DNA of 64,000 bases from a bacterium (GTDB lineage Bacteria > Bacteroidota > Rhodothermia > Balneolales > M1805), in the NCBI GenBank assembly GCA_006226965.1, contig SBGQ01000068.1, positions 4,445 through 68,444 on the forward strand, read 5' to 3'. Made by a program: the position numbers and the translations under genes. Positions 30,207-39,643 of the stretch are shown piece after piece. Under the pieces are notes generated by a model, which did not search any database, had not been told where the DNA came from, and saw only the letters and a program-made list of their open reading frames with translations. How positions within the stretch are numbered: position 1 is the stretch's first letter; every line of letters starts with the position of its first letter.

Positions 30207-30574
30207 TAACTCGTGATTTAGGTGTTTATTTGCATATATTAATTTTAGAACAAAGTCAATAACTATAAGTAGTGCAATAGTTTATATCCGTTTATAGCAT
30301 GATTTGATTCATAAGTAATAAGTGCTTGATAATTAAAAAACTCATACCCGAAATTCGCATCACATTGTCAAGTAAAAAGTGCAAATGTTGATAAGTTCAA
30401 CACTTTGTGGAAAACTTCTTTGAATTTAATTTGGAAGCTCATTTTTACCCTGCTAATTTATCATCCCGTTGGGCAGAGGATAGAAAGGATGTGTAACTAT
30501 CCCGACTCTTTGGGGGCTGGCAATGCCGGCTGTTGGATAAAAAATAGTCTAGAAAAGCTTAATAGTAGGAGCCA

Positions 30575-33500
30575 ATGAAATTTACAAGAAACTTTACCAA
30601 AGCAGAGTGGAAAACCCCGTACGATGGGCTCCGCTTCGAAACCCGTAAATCAGAAATCAAAAACCCTGACGGTTCTCGTGTATTCTTTTTAGATAACGTA
30701 ATTATCCCTGATTCTTGGTCACAAGTTGCTACTGATATTATTGCACAAAAGTATTTCAGAAAAGCAGGCGTTCCTGCTAAACTCAAATCTGTATCAGAAA
30801 AAGGTGTACCAAAATGGTTGCAGGCAAAAGAAGCTGATACCAAAGCATTAGGTGAATTACCGGAAAAAGAACGATTCTCAGGTGAACATGATTCCCGCCA
30901 GGTATTTAGCCGTTTAGCAGGCAACTGGACGTATTGGGGATGGAAATACGGTTATTTTGATACAGAAGACGATGCAAAAATCTTCTATGATGAAATGTGT
31001 TATATGCTCGCTACACAAATGGCAGCACCAAACTCTCCGCAATGGTTTAATACAGGATTAAACTGGGCTTACGGCATTAACGGCCCGGCTCAAGGTCACT
31101 ATTACGTTGACGGAAAAACAGGAGAGTTGAAGAAATCGGAGGATGCATACACACATCCTCAACCTCACGCTTGTTTTATTCAGGGTATTTCTGATGACCT
31201 CGTGAACGAAGGCGGTATCATGGATTTATGGGTTAGAGAAGCCCGCTTGTTCAAATATGGCTCCGGAACAGGTACAAACTTCTCCGACATTCGTGGTGCA
31301 GAAGAACCGTTAAGCGGCGGCGGACGTTCATCCGGTTTAATGAGTTTCTTAAAAATCGGTGATCGTGCAGCGGGTGCTATTAAATCCGGCGGTACAACTC
31401 GCCGCGCTGCTAAAATGGTTACCCTCGATTTAGACCACCCTGATATTGAAGAGTATATCAACTGGAAAGTTAAAGAAGAGCAAAAAGTTGCGGCTTTAGT
31501 GGCCGGCTCAAAAACCACTGAAAAACATCTCAAAAAAATCATTTCACTTTGCCACACTCCGGTAAACGTTGAAGGGCAGATGTTGAACGGTGCTGTATCT
31601 CGCGATCCGCTTAAAAACAAAGATTTAGCAAAAGCTATCCGCAAAGCTCGTGTTGAAAACGTTCCTGCTAACTACATTGAGCGTGTTATTCAATTGGCAT
31701 CACAAGGTGTTAAAGACATCGAATTCGAAATTTATGATACCGACTGGAATTCCGAAGCATATGCAACGGTTAGCGGTCAGAATTCGAACAACTCAGTTCG
31801 TGTGCCCAATGCGTTTATGCAAGCTGTTAAAGAAAACGGCGATTGGAATCTCTACTGGCGTATCGAAAAGAAAAAAGCTGAGTTAGAAGGTCGCGCACCA
31901 AAGGCATCAAAAACATTAAAAGCACAAGAATTGTGGGATCAGATTGCGTATGCAGCTTGGGCTTCTGCCGATCCGGGAACTCAATATCACGATACCATCA
32001 ACGAATGGCATACTTGTCCGGCTGACGGCCCGATTAAAGCTTCGAATCCGTGTTCTGAATACATGTTCTTAGACAACACCGCTTGTAACTTAGCTTCATT
32101 AAACCTTATTAAGTTTTATGATACCAAAGCGGCTCAGTTTAAAGTTGCTGATTACCAATATGCCACTCGTTTGTGGACAGTAGTACTCGAAATTTCTGTA
32201 TTGATGGCACAGTTCCCGTCAAAAGAAATCGCTGAGTTGTCTTACAAATTCCGCACTCTCGGCCTTGGTTTTGCAAACATCGGTACTTTATTGATGGTGC
32301 AGGGTATTGCTTACGACTCTCCTGAGGCTCGTGCGATTACAGGTGCACTTACTTCTATCATGCACATGACATCCTATGCAACAAGTGCTGAAATGGCAAA
32401 AGAATTAGGCACGTTCCCGGGATTTGAGAAAAACCGTGACCACATGTTACGTGTTATTCGCAACCACAGAAGAGCAGCCTACAACGTTCCTAACGATCAA
32501 TACGAAGGATTAACTGTAAAACCTGTTGGTATCGACCCAAATTACTGTCCAAGTTATCTCTTAGAAGCTGCACGCGCTGATTCTGACCGTGCTCTTGAAA
32601 TGGGTGAGCAATACGGATATCGTAACGCTCAGGTAACGGTTATTGCACCGACAGGAACTATCGGACTTGTAATGGATTGTGATACAACCGGTATCGAACC
32701 TGATTTTGCATTGGTGAAATTCAAAAAATTAGCAGGTGGCGGTTACTTCAAAATCATCAACCAAAGTGTTCCACACGCTTTAAAGAGATTAGGTTATTCT
32801 GATAAAGAAGCTGATGCGATTGTGAAATACGCAAAAGGTTACGGTTCTTTGATTGGTGCTCCGGCTGTAACTCACGAACAATTACGTGAAAAAGGATTCA
32901 CAAACAAAGAAATCGAAGCCTTAGAACAAGCCTTACCAACGGCATTTGATATCAAATTTGCGTTTAACCAATGGACATTAGGCGAAGATTTCTGCAAAAA
33001 TGTTCTTGGAATTAAAGACGAGCAATTAGCTGACTACACCTTCGATATGCTTTCTTTCTTAGGTTTCAGTAAAACTGATGTGGAAAAAGCGAACGATTAT
33101 GTTTGCGGAACCATGACGGTTGAAGGCGCTCCATACTTAAAAGAAGAGCATTTACCGGTATTTGATTGCGCGAATAAGTGCGGAAAAATCGGAACACGTT
33201 TTATCTCTCCTGAAGGTCATATTTTGATGATGGCAGCATCTCAGCCATTTATCTCAGGTGCGATTTCAAAAACGATTAACTTACCAAACGAAGCTACTAT
33301 CGAAGACATTAAACATGCGTATATGTTGTCTTGGGAAGTAGGTACAAAAGCAAACGCTTTATATCGCGACGGTTCTAAATTATCTCAGCCTTTAAACACG
33401 ATGGCTGATGTAATGGAAGAAATCATGCACGATGATGAAGAAGAACAAGTTCAGATTCAAAAAGCGCAAGACCATGTGGTTCAAACCGCTGAACGTATTA

Positions 33501-34192
33501 TTCACAAATATGTAGCTCATCGTAAACGCCTTCCGAACAGAAGAGGCGGTTATACTCAGAAATCAAAAATTGGCGGACAAAGTGTCTATCTGAGAACAGG
33601 TGAGTACGAAAACGGTCAGATTGGTGAAATCTTTATTGATATGCACCGTGAAGGCGCTGCGTTCAGAAGCTTGATGAACTGTTTTGCGATTGCCATTTCT
33701 TTAGGTTTACAGCATGGCGTACCTCTCGAAGAGTTTGTTGATGCGTTTGTATTTACAAAATTTGAGCCATCGGGACCTGTGTTTGGTAATCCGCACATCA
33801 AAATGAGTACATCAATTATTGATTATGTATTCCGTGAGTTAGCCGTTACCTATTTGGGTCGCCACGATTTAGCTCATGTTGATGCGGATATGATTGAAAC
33901 CAGAACCTTGCGTCCGGAGCCGGCTTGCGAAGTTGAAGGAGTTGAACATCAACACATGATTGAAAAAACTCATACTCCTGTTGCAACTGCTCCTGCTCCT
34001 GTAAAAGTAGCAGAAGAACACGTTCACGCAACAGCTACGGTAAGCGTCGGCAAAACTGAAACCGCTTATGAAAAAGCAAAACAACTCGGTTATACCGGCG
34101 ATGTGTGCAGCGATTGCGGTAGCATGACGATGGTTCGTAACGGTACTTGTTTAAAATGTATCACTTGCGGCAGCACTAGCGGCTGTTCGTAA
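30575..34192 (+). CDS. nrdJ: Class II adenosylcobalamin-dependent ribonucleotide reductase
   Basis: 1205 aa. Active-site block [22 protein letters not shown]. Other blocks: [10 protein letters not shown] and [25 protein letters not shown]-terminal Cys-rich tail: [27 protein letters not shown]. Confidence 0.92.
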   Translation: MKFTRNFTKAEWKTPYDGLRFETRKSEIKNPDGSRVFFLDNVIIPDSWSQVATDIIAQKYFRKAGVPAKLKSVSEKGVPKWLQAKEADTKALGELPEKERFSGEHDSRQVFSRLAGNWTYWGWKYGYFDTEDDAKIFYDEMCYMLATQMAAPNSPQWFNTGLNWAYGINGPAQGHYYVDGKTGELKKSEDAYTHPQPHACFIQGISDDLVNEGGIMDLWVREARLFKYGSGTGTNFSDIRGAEEPLSGGGRSSGLMSFLKIGDRAAGAIKSGGTTRRAAKMVTLDLDHPDIEEYINWKVKEEQKVAALVAGSKTTEKHLKKIISLCHTPVNVEGQMLNGAVSRDPLKNKDLAKAIRKARVENVPANYIERVIQLASQGVKDIEFEIYDTDWNSEAYATVSGQNSNNSVRVPNAFMQAVKENGDWNLYWRIEKKKAELEGRAPKASKTLKAQELWDQIAYAAWASADPGTQYHDTINEWHTCPADGPIKASNPCSEYMFLDNTACNLASLNLIKFYDTKAAQFKVADYQYATRLWTVVLEISVLMAQFPSKEIAELSYKFRTLGLGFANIGTLLMVQGIAYDSPEARAITGALTSIMHMTSYATSAEMAKELGTFPGFEKNRDHMLRVIRNHRRAAYNVPNDQYEGLTVKPVGIDPNYCPSYLLEAARADSDRALEMGEQYGYRNAQVTVIAPTGTIGLVMDCDTTGIEPDFALVKFKKLAGGGYFKIINQSVPHALKRLGYSDKEADAIVKYAKGYGSLIGAPAVTHEQLREKGFTNKEIEALEQALPTAFDIKFAFNQWTLGEDFCKNVLGIKDEQLADYTFDMLSFLGFSKTDVEKANDYVCGTMTVEGAPYLKEEHLPVFDCANKCGKIGTRFISPEGHILMMAASQPFISGAISKTINLPNEATIEDIKHAYMLSWEVGTKANALYRDGSKLSQPLNTMADVMEEIMHDDEEEQVQIQKAQDHVVQTAERIIHKYVAHRKRLPNRRGGYTQKSKIGGQSVYLRTGEYENGQIGEIFIDMHREGAAFRSLMNCFAIAISLGLQHGVPLEEFVDAFVFTKFEPSGPVFGNPHIKMSTSIIDYVFRELAVTYLGRHDLAHVDADMIETRTLRPEPACEVEGVEHQHMIEKTHTPVATAPAPVKVAEEHVHATATVSVGKTETAYEKAKQLGYTGDVCSDCGSMTMVRNGTCLKCITCGSTSGCS

Positions 34193-34220
34193 GCAGATAA
34201 GGATTGAATCTCGTATAGGT

Positions 34221-34254
34221 AAGCCCGTTGGAGAAATCCGGCGGGCTTTTTTTG
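34221..34254 (+). terminator. Rho-independent terminator of nrdJ
   Basis: AAGCCCG-ttggagaaatccgg-CGGGCTT, followed by TTTTTTT. Confidence 0.7.
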
Positions 34255-34265
34255 ATCTTATGATA

Positions 34266-34620
34266 AAAAACACACGTCATATCACTTCGTAGTACTGCGT
34301 ATCACTTCGTAGCACCTGCGGTGTCTGCGAAAGCAGGTATCTGGGAATAGTTTATAAACGAATGCAGCAGAGCGTACTTTTTAATTAATCAAGAAACAAA
34401 AACACTCGTCATATCACTCCGTAGTACTACGTATCACTTCGTAGCACCTGCGGTGTCTGCGAAAGCAGGTATCTGGGAATAGTATACAAACGAATGCAGC
34501 AGAGCGTACTTTTTAATTAATCAAGAAACAAAAACACGTGTCATACCTGCGAAAGCAGGTATCTGGGAATGGTTTACAAACGAATACAGCAGAGCGTACT
34601 TTTAATCATTCAGGAAAAAA
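34266..34620 (+). repeat. Tandem array of 3 units of the dispersed hairpin element, 132-bp period (locus B)
   Basis: The marker GTCAT recurs at 34276, 34408 and 34540. Units 1 and 2 are near-identical. Unit 3 is about 40 bp shorter internally. The GAAA-loop hairpins are at 34325-34336, 34457-34468 and 34545-34560. Confidence 0.92.
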
Positions 34621-34640
34621 AATTATATTCATACAAAAAA

Positions 34641-34901
34641 ATGTCCTACATCGATTTAGCCCGACACATGCTTCGAGACAACAAGAACTTAAAGGACAAA
34701 GTTCGTTTCAGACATTATTCTAAGGACATCATTACAGACGATACCAAACTCAATCCCGATAAAGGGCTCAACCGAAGGGTTCCCAAAGAACACAAATTCA
34801 GTATTAGAGCCGTTCGGTATAATCTTCGATTGCTCATCATTATAACACTATTTCTGTTGATTACAGCGCTCATAGTCTGGGTTGTTAATGGAAAAGTGTA
34901 A
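34641..34901 (+). CDS. Small basic protein with a single C-terminal TM helix (hypothetical)
   Basis: The ATG at 34641 gives 86 aa, MSYIDLARHML...LRLLIIITLFLLITALIVWVV. The longer ORF-track start at 34569 would lie inside the repeat array and is unlikely. Confidence 0.4.
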   Translation: MSYIDLARHMLRDNKNLKDKVRFRHYSKDIITDDTKLNPDKGLNRRVPKEHKFSIRAVRYNLRLLIIITLFLLITALIVWVVNGKV

Positions 34902-35247
34902 ATCTAAAACATTGTGAATCAATTTAATCAAGTAGTTTCCTAAGAGTTTGAGTTTCCCGAATTTCGGATTATTGGTTGTAGCACAAAAATCAGATTCGTG
35001 ATTTTCATGGCAAACACTTTACATCACTACGTATTACCATGGGTAACATGGCAAACTATATTGTCACATAATGAAAGGGAAATCAAAACAACTGTAACTA
35101 TTCACTATCATGTAACCTCTTGCACACCTTATCGTTTAGCGCGATTCAAAAGAAATTCATAATCATTAAATGTTTACTTTACATAGGTTTTTAGGGTTAT
35201 AATCTTACTGAATTACCGATTTTAGGAGTAAATCAATTTGTTAATAC

Positions 35248-37041
35248 ATGCTCGTTTCTAATTTGAACACTACTGAAGCCGCATCCATTGCAGTTCTGCC
35301 TTTCGTAAATATGAGTCCGGACCCGGAGAATGAATATTTCTCTGATGGAATGACCGAAGAAATTATTAATGCACTCACCACTATAAACGGTTTAAAAGTA
35401 ATTGCCAGAACCTCAGCGTTTGCGTATAAAGGTCTGAATTATGATATCCGTAAGATTGGTTCAGATTTAGGAGTTCAGTCGGTTTTAGAAGGAAGTATCA
35501 GAAAATCGTCGAATCGGGTTCGAGTTACCGCACAGTTGATTAATGCAACGGACGGTACCCATTATTGGAGTCGTAATTTTGACAGAGAATTGATTGATAT
35601 TTTTGAACTTCAGGATGAAATAAGTGTCTTAATTGCTGATCAGATTCGCGAAAATTTCGGGCATATCGAGTATGAAAATCATCTGGTTAAACAATCAACT
35701 TCTGATATTTCAGCCTATGAGTTGTTTTTAAAAGGGCGTTATCATCAATTAAAATGGAATCCTGATTCTTTTCACGAAGCCATACGTTATTATACAAAAG
35801 CAACCGAAGCTGATCCCAAATTTGCCCGTGCCTATTACGGAAATATGCAATGTTACGGCTTGCTTGCCATGTGGGGTTATATTGACCAACAAACCGGCAT
35901 TGAACGATCAGTCGATAATTTCCGAATTGCGCAAGACTTAGATAAACAATTGCCGGAATATCACATGTCATTTGTAGGCCGTTATTTTTGGGGTGAATGG
36001 AATTACGAACTCGGTTATCAACATTTAAAATTAAACATCGAACAGTTTCCGAATTACACGGAAGCCTTACAAGCTTTAGCTGAATTGGCTCTGGCAAACG
36101 AAGCGTTTGAATTAGCAGAAGAATACATTACCAAAGCCTTACATATCGATCCCTTATCAGCGAATGATTGGTACACTTTAGCCCTTATAATGTATCACAA
36201 AGAAGATTACGTAAAATCACTGGAATGCAATCGAAAAGCCTTAGATATTAATCGGGAATTACTATTGGGAATTCATCTTAATGCATTGTGCTATTTGCAG
36301 TTACACGATGAGATTAAGTTTAAGGAATGTATTTCCGGTTTACCTGATGAAGAAAACATTCAACTACTGTATTCTGTATTTCATAAGGAAAAAGAAATTG
36401 AAACGGAAACGGTTAAAAACTGGACAGAAGCAGCCGAAGTCTATCAGCAATTAATTCCATATGAACTTTATATTTTGGCTAATTCTAAGCATGAAAACGA
36501 AGCCATTCAACTTTTAAACCACTACATAGCCCAACGTCGCGGACAATTGCTTTACTTTAAAACCGAACCGTTATTGAAACCGTTATGGAATCTGGTTTCG
36601 AAACATGATTTATATCCGTCTAATTGGACTCCTCCGGAAACCAGTGGTTTATTTTCGACTTCATCAAAAACCAAAGTATCAATCAGCGATGAAGAGTTGG
36701 AGCAAACATTTACACGTTTAGTAGCTTTCATGCAAGATAACTCACCTTATTTGGATGCTTCGTTGAGTTTAGTTTCATTAGCAAATCAGCTTGATATCCA
36801 TCCGAACCGACTTTCTTATATCATAAACGAACGTGCTGAGGCAAATTTTAACGAATTTGTGAATCGTTATCGTTTAGAAGTATTCAAAGAGAGAGCATTG
36901 CAGCCTGAGTTTGCCCATTTGTCAATTATGGGATTAGCGCTTGAAAGTGGTTTTAATTCGAAATCTTCTTTTAATGATTTCTTTCGCAAACAAACCGGAC
37001 TCACCCCAAGAGAGTGGATAAAAGCCGCAAAACAAAGATAA
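35248..37041 (+). CDS. AraC-family transcriptional regulator with an N-terminal TolB-N-like module and a central TPR region
   Basis: 597 aa. N-terminus: IAVLPFVNMSPDPENEYFSDGMTEEIINALTTINGLKVIARTS. TPR-like repeats fill the middle. C-terminal AraC HTH: LANQLDIHPNRLSYIINE...GFNSKSSFNDFFRKQTGLTPREW. Confidence 0.75.
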   Translation: MLVSNLNTTEAASIAVLPFVNMSPDPENEYFSDGMTEEIINALTTINGLKVIARTSAFAYKGLNYDIRKIGSDLGVQSVLEGSIRKSSNRVRVTAQLINATDGTHYWSRNFDRELIDIFELQDEISVLIADQIRENFGHIEYENHLVKQSTSDISAYELFLKGRYHQLKWNPDSFHEAIRYYTKATEADPKFARAYYGNMQCYGLLAMWGYIDQQTGIERSVDNFRIAQDLDKQLPEYHMSFVGRYFWGEWNYELGYQHLKLNIEQFPNYTEALQALAELALANEAFELAEEYITKALHIDPLSANDWYTLALIMYHKEDYVKSLECNRKALDINRELLLGIHLNALCYLQLHDEIKFKECISGLPDEENIQLLYSVFHKEKEIETETVKNWTEAAEVYQQLIPYELYILANSKHENEAIQLLNHYIAQRRGQLLYFKTEPLLKPLWNLVSKHDLYPSNWTPPETSGLFSTSSKTKVSISDEELEQTFTRLVAFMQDNSPYLDASLSLVSLANQLDIHPNRLSYIINERAEANFNEFVNRYRLEVFKERALQPEFAHLSIMGLALESGFNSKSSFNDFFRKQTGLTPREWIKAAKQR

Positions 37042-37131
37042 GGTTCGAATTTTCATAAAGAAGTCCGGAATTCACTATTACGGACGTTCGTAAGAGGGCA
37101 GTTGCTGAACTTAGGTCCGAACGAATAATTC

Positions 37132-37200
37132 ATCCCAAACCTTGAGGGATTTGAAGTGAGAATTTGGGTTTCTATCCCAAACCTGGACATCGTTTTGGGG
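37132..37200 (+). promoter_or_regulatory. Four CCCAAA/TTTGGG segments able to form mutually exclusive hairpins in the leader of the 37291 operon
   Basis: ATCCCAAACC at 37132 and 37174; TTTGGG at 37163 and 37194. Pairings 1:2, 2:3 and 3:4 are all possible. Confidence 0.3.
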
Positions 37201-37290
37201 TCCAAGTCTTACTTTATTATCCTTGTTTTGTGTGTGAAATAGGAGTTCATCAAAATCAACCTAAAAAACACAATTTATAACACCTTTTTT

Positions 37291-37956
37291 ATGAAAACTT
37301 CTATTGCATTCATCGTTATCATGAGCCTGTTCAGCTTACAAGTAAATGCTCAAACATCTGAAATTGATTCATTAAAACAAGAGATTCAAACCTTAAAAAC
37401 ACAGTTAGCGCCCATTAACAGTTTATCAAATTCTGATTTAAGAGATTGGGGCAGAGGCTGGTACACATTAGGAACGAGTGGAGCTACTTATCAATTCGGT
37501 TTAGAATTGGGATATATGTGGAAAGCGTATGATGATAAAGACCAGCCTGAATCAGATAATATAATCGGTAAAAACAATGCCTATCGTTATGGTATTTCTT
37601 TTGGAGCTGATTATTTTCTGAATGAAAACGTCTGGAAAAACGGTTCTTTAATCGATTCAGACGGCTATATGTTCTATTCTAAATTGAATGCGGCTTCACC
37701 TTTGTACTTAAACATACTTTCCTTTGCCGGACATCTAAAGTTTGCTTATGCTAAAGCATTTACCAATAACAAACACGGATTCGACGATGCCCGTTTTGTA
37801 TTTGGTTACGGATTTGATGTAGAATTCCGTACATCACAAAAAGAACAAATTACCATAGGTTTCACAGATGCCAGCGACTCCTTTTTCAGCAACAGAAAAG
37901 ACACCATTTTCCCGCAAAAAGTTAGATTCGTATTTGGTTTCAAACGATTCTTTTAA
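37291..37956 (+). CDS. Hypothetical outer-membrane beta-barrel-like protein
   Basis: 221 aa. Signal peptide ...SLQVNAQ, a short coiled segment, then Gly/Tyr/Phe-rich alternating strands ending FGFKRFF. Confidence 0.5.
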   Translation: MKTSIAFIVIMSLFSLQVNAQTSEIDSLKQEIQTLKTQLAPINSLSNSDLRDWGRGWYTLGTSGATYQFGLELGYMWKAYDDKDQPESDNIIGKNNAYRYGISFGADYFLNENVWKNGSLIDSDGYMFYSKLNAASPLYLNILSFAGHLKFAYAKAFTNNKHGFDDARFVFGYGFDVEFRTSQKEQITIGFTDASDSFFSNRKDTIFPQKVRFVFGFKRFF

Positions 37957-37975
37957 ACATTAATCTGATGGATTC

Positions 37976-38836
37976 ATGAAAAAAGCATTTACACTATTTA
38001 TGTGTGCATTTAGTCTCACAAGTGTTTTAAAAGGCCAAACACAAAGTGTAAAAGTGGGTGATGAGCTTCGGCGATTCACCCTTTTTGCTCCTAAGTCTAT
38101 TTCAAAAGAAAAGCCTAGTTCATTAGTCATAAACTTTCATGGTACGGGCATGACCGCGTTAGAGCATATGTTTTATACTGAAATGAATAAAACGGCTTCC
38201 AAAAATTCGTTCATTATCGTTTATCCGCAGGGGAAAAATAATGATTGGAATGTCGGTCTTGGGCAAGAATATTACGAAGGAACGGATGTCGCATTCATAG
38301 ATTCGTTAGTAAAAAAGATCAAAAAAGAATACACAATTACACAAGTGTATGGTATTGGTTTTTCTAGAGGCGGTTTTTTTGTACAACGATTGGTTGCCGA
38401 ATTCCCTGATTTATTTACTGCAGTTGCTAGTATTTCTGCACCGATTACAAATAAAGCTGCACAGCAGATGCCTAAGACAGTGAACGTAGGCTTTATGTTG
38501 GTTCAAGGAGACCAAGATAAAGCTGTTCTGCATACCGGAATACAAGGAGCTTATTATTCTGATGAAGCATGTATTCAGTTTTGGCTGGATAGAAACAATC
38601 TCGGTATGAATTACAAAGAAACTGTGTACGATAAAAAATACGATGGCACTAAAATCATACGAAAGTCATATGTAGGCTCACCAAAAATCGAATGGCTTGC
38701 TATTGAGAACGGCGGACATACTTGGCCCGGTTCTGATGATTTTAATGTCGGATTTAACCTAGGAAAAACCACCCATCAATTAAATTTTAATCAAACGGTT
38801 TGGGATTTCTTTTCAAAGCAAAGGAGAACAAAATGA
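37976..38836 (+). CDS. PHB-depolymerase-family (LpqC-like) secreted esterase, alpha/beta hydrolase
   Basis: 286 aa with a signal peptide. Blocks: LVINFHGTG, nucleophile elbow GFSRGG, and GGHTWPG near the C-terminus. Confidence 0.7.
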   Translation: MKKAFTLFMCAFSLTSVLKGQTQSVKVGDELRRFTLFAPKSISKEKPSSLVINFHGTGMTALEHMFYTEMNKTASKNSFIIVYPQGKNNDWNVGLGQEYYEGTDVAFIDSLVKKIKKEYTITQVYGIGFSRGGFFVQRLVAEFPDLFTAVASISAPITNKAAQQMPKTVNVGFMLVQGDQDKAVLHTGIQGAYYSDEACIQFWLDRNNLGMNYKETVYDKKYDGTKIIRKSYVGSPKIEWLAIENGGHTWPGSDDFNVGFNLGKTTHQLNFNQTVWDFFSKQRRTK

Positions 38837-39234
38837 ATGTTAATATGGATAAAAAATCGAAATCGCGCGTAATTCAGTTGTTGATTGCCTTAATCCTCAT
38901 AATGGTTTTTCATGGGAGTATTTTATTTGGATTGATTCCTTTTGAATACACTTGGGGCGGACGACTAAAAAGTATCGAAGAAATGTACGTATTTGAGTCT
39001 GTCTCAATAGCTGTAAATCTCTATTTAGGTTTAATCTTATTGATTCGTGGAGCGTATGCAAAGCCAATTATTTCTTTGAAATTTGTTAAGGTGAGTCTTT
39101 GGATTTTTGCTGGTTTATTTTTGCTGAATACATTCGGCAATGTGTTGGCTGAAACCTGGCAAGAACAACTTTTTGCAGGCGTAACTTTGTGGATGTCGTT
39201 TTTAACGTGGAGATTGGCAGCTAAGCAAGACTGA
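38833..39234 (+). CDS. Small integral membrane protein (4 TM), hypothetical
   Basis: The ATG at 38833 is preceded by AAGGAG (38821-38826) and overlaps the esterase stop. Four hydrophobic helices are predicted. Confidence 0.5.
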   Translation: MNVNMDKKSKSRVIQLLIALILIMVFHGSILFGLIPFEYTWGGRLKSIEEMYVFESVSIAVNLYLGLILLIRGAYAKPIISLKFVKVSLWIFAGLFLLNTFGNVLAETWQEQLFAGVTLWMSFLTWRLAAKQD

Positions 39235-39310
39235 ATTAAAACTCTAAGAATAGGGGGTTAGTGTTATGTGTGATACTGTGCAAAACGGTATCTAGTAAGG
39301 TAATTTGGCT

Positions 39311-39493
39311 ACCAAGTTAAAAAATACGCTTAGCTAAATATGTGTTTTAAGAGCTGCCTAGATTACTGCTTTCGCAGTAATGAAAAAAAATCCCGAATTA
39401 AAACGGCATCTTATGATTAACAATCAAGTTAAAAAATACGCTTCGCTAAATATGTGTTTTGAGAGCTGCCTAGATTACTGCTTTCGCAGTAAT
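39311..39493 (-). repeat. Two tandem units of the dispersed hairpin element, 112-bp period (locus C)
   Basis: (AC)CAAGTTAAAAAATACGCTTAGCTAAATATGTGTTTTAAGAGCTGCCTAGATTACTGCTTTCGCAGTAATGA occurs twice with 2 substitutions. The hairpins TTACTGC-TTTC-GCAGTAA are at 39363-39380 and 39475-39492. Confidence 0.88.
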
Positions 39494-39526
39494 GAAAAAA
39501 AAATCCCGTTTTCCTACGGGATTTAA
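39494..39526 (-). terminator. Rho-independent terminator (minus strand), about 120 bp after the DUF5916-like gene
   Basis: AAATCCCG-ttttccta-CGGGATTT. On the minus strand it is followed by a run of 9-10 T. Confidence 0.65.
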
Positions 39527-39643
39527 GAACAAAAGACAACTTTGCTAGATAAATGTCCGGCTATGCCCATATAACAGTTTTCACTTAGTAGAAATTTGTA
39601 TTGCTACAAAGACCAGATATCAAAATGAAGGTTTTAAAAACTA

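Noticed and set aside
30430-30574. Cobalamin riboswitch in front of the B12-dependent reductase
   Set aside because: I could not find the B12-box or the conserved GCCACTG-type core. B12 riboswitches normally repress B12-independent isozymes rather than nrdJ.
30559-31644. Minus-strand ORFs 30559-30924 and 31180-31644, and other small ORFs inside nrdJ (31650-31886, 33616-34084)
   Set aside because: They are antisense or off-frame within nrdJ, whose reading frame has unmistakable class II reductase motifs.
34266-34620. Possible CRISPR array, because of regular tandem repeats in an intergenic region
   Set aside because: The period is 132 bp and almost the whole unit is repeated. There is no alternation of short direct repeats with unique spacers, and no cas genes are in the window.
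34538-34723. ORF 34538-34723 and the N-terminal extension (34569-34640) of the 34569-34901 ORF
   Set aside because: Both begin inside the third repeat unit. Repeat-derived sequence is unlikely to be coding, so the start was moved to the ATG at 34641.
35687-36097. 136-aa minus-strand ORF
   Set aside because: It is antisense within the TPR/AraC regulator gene.
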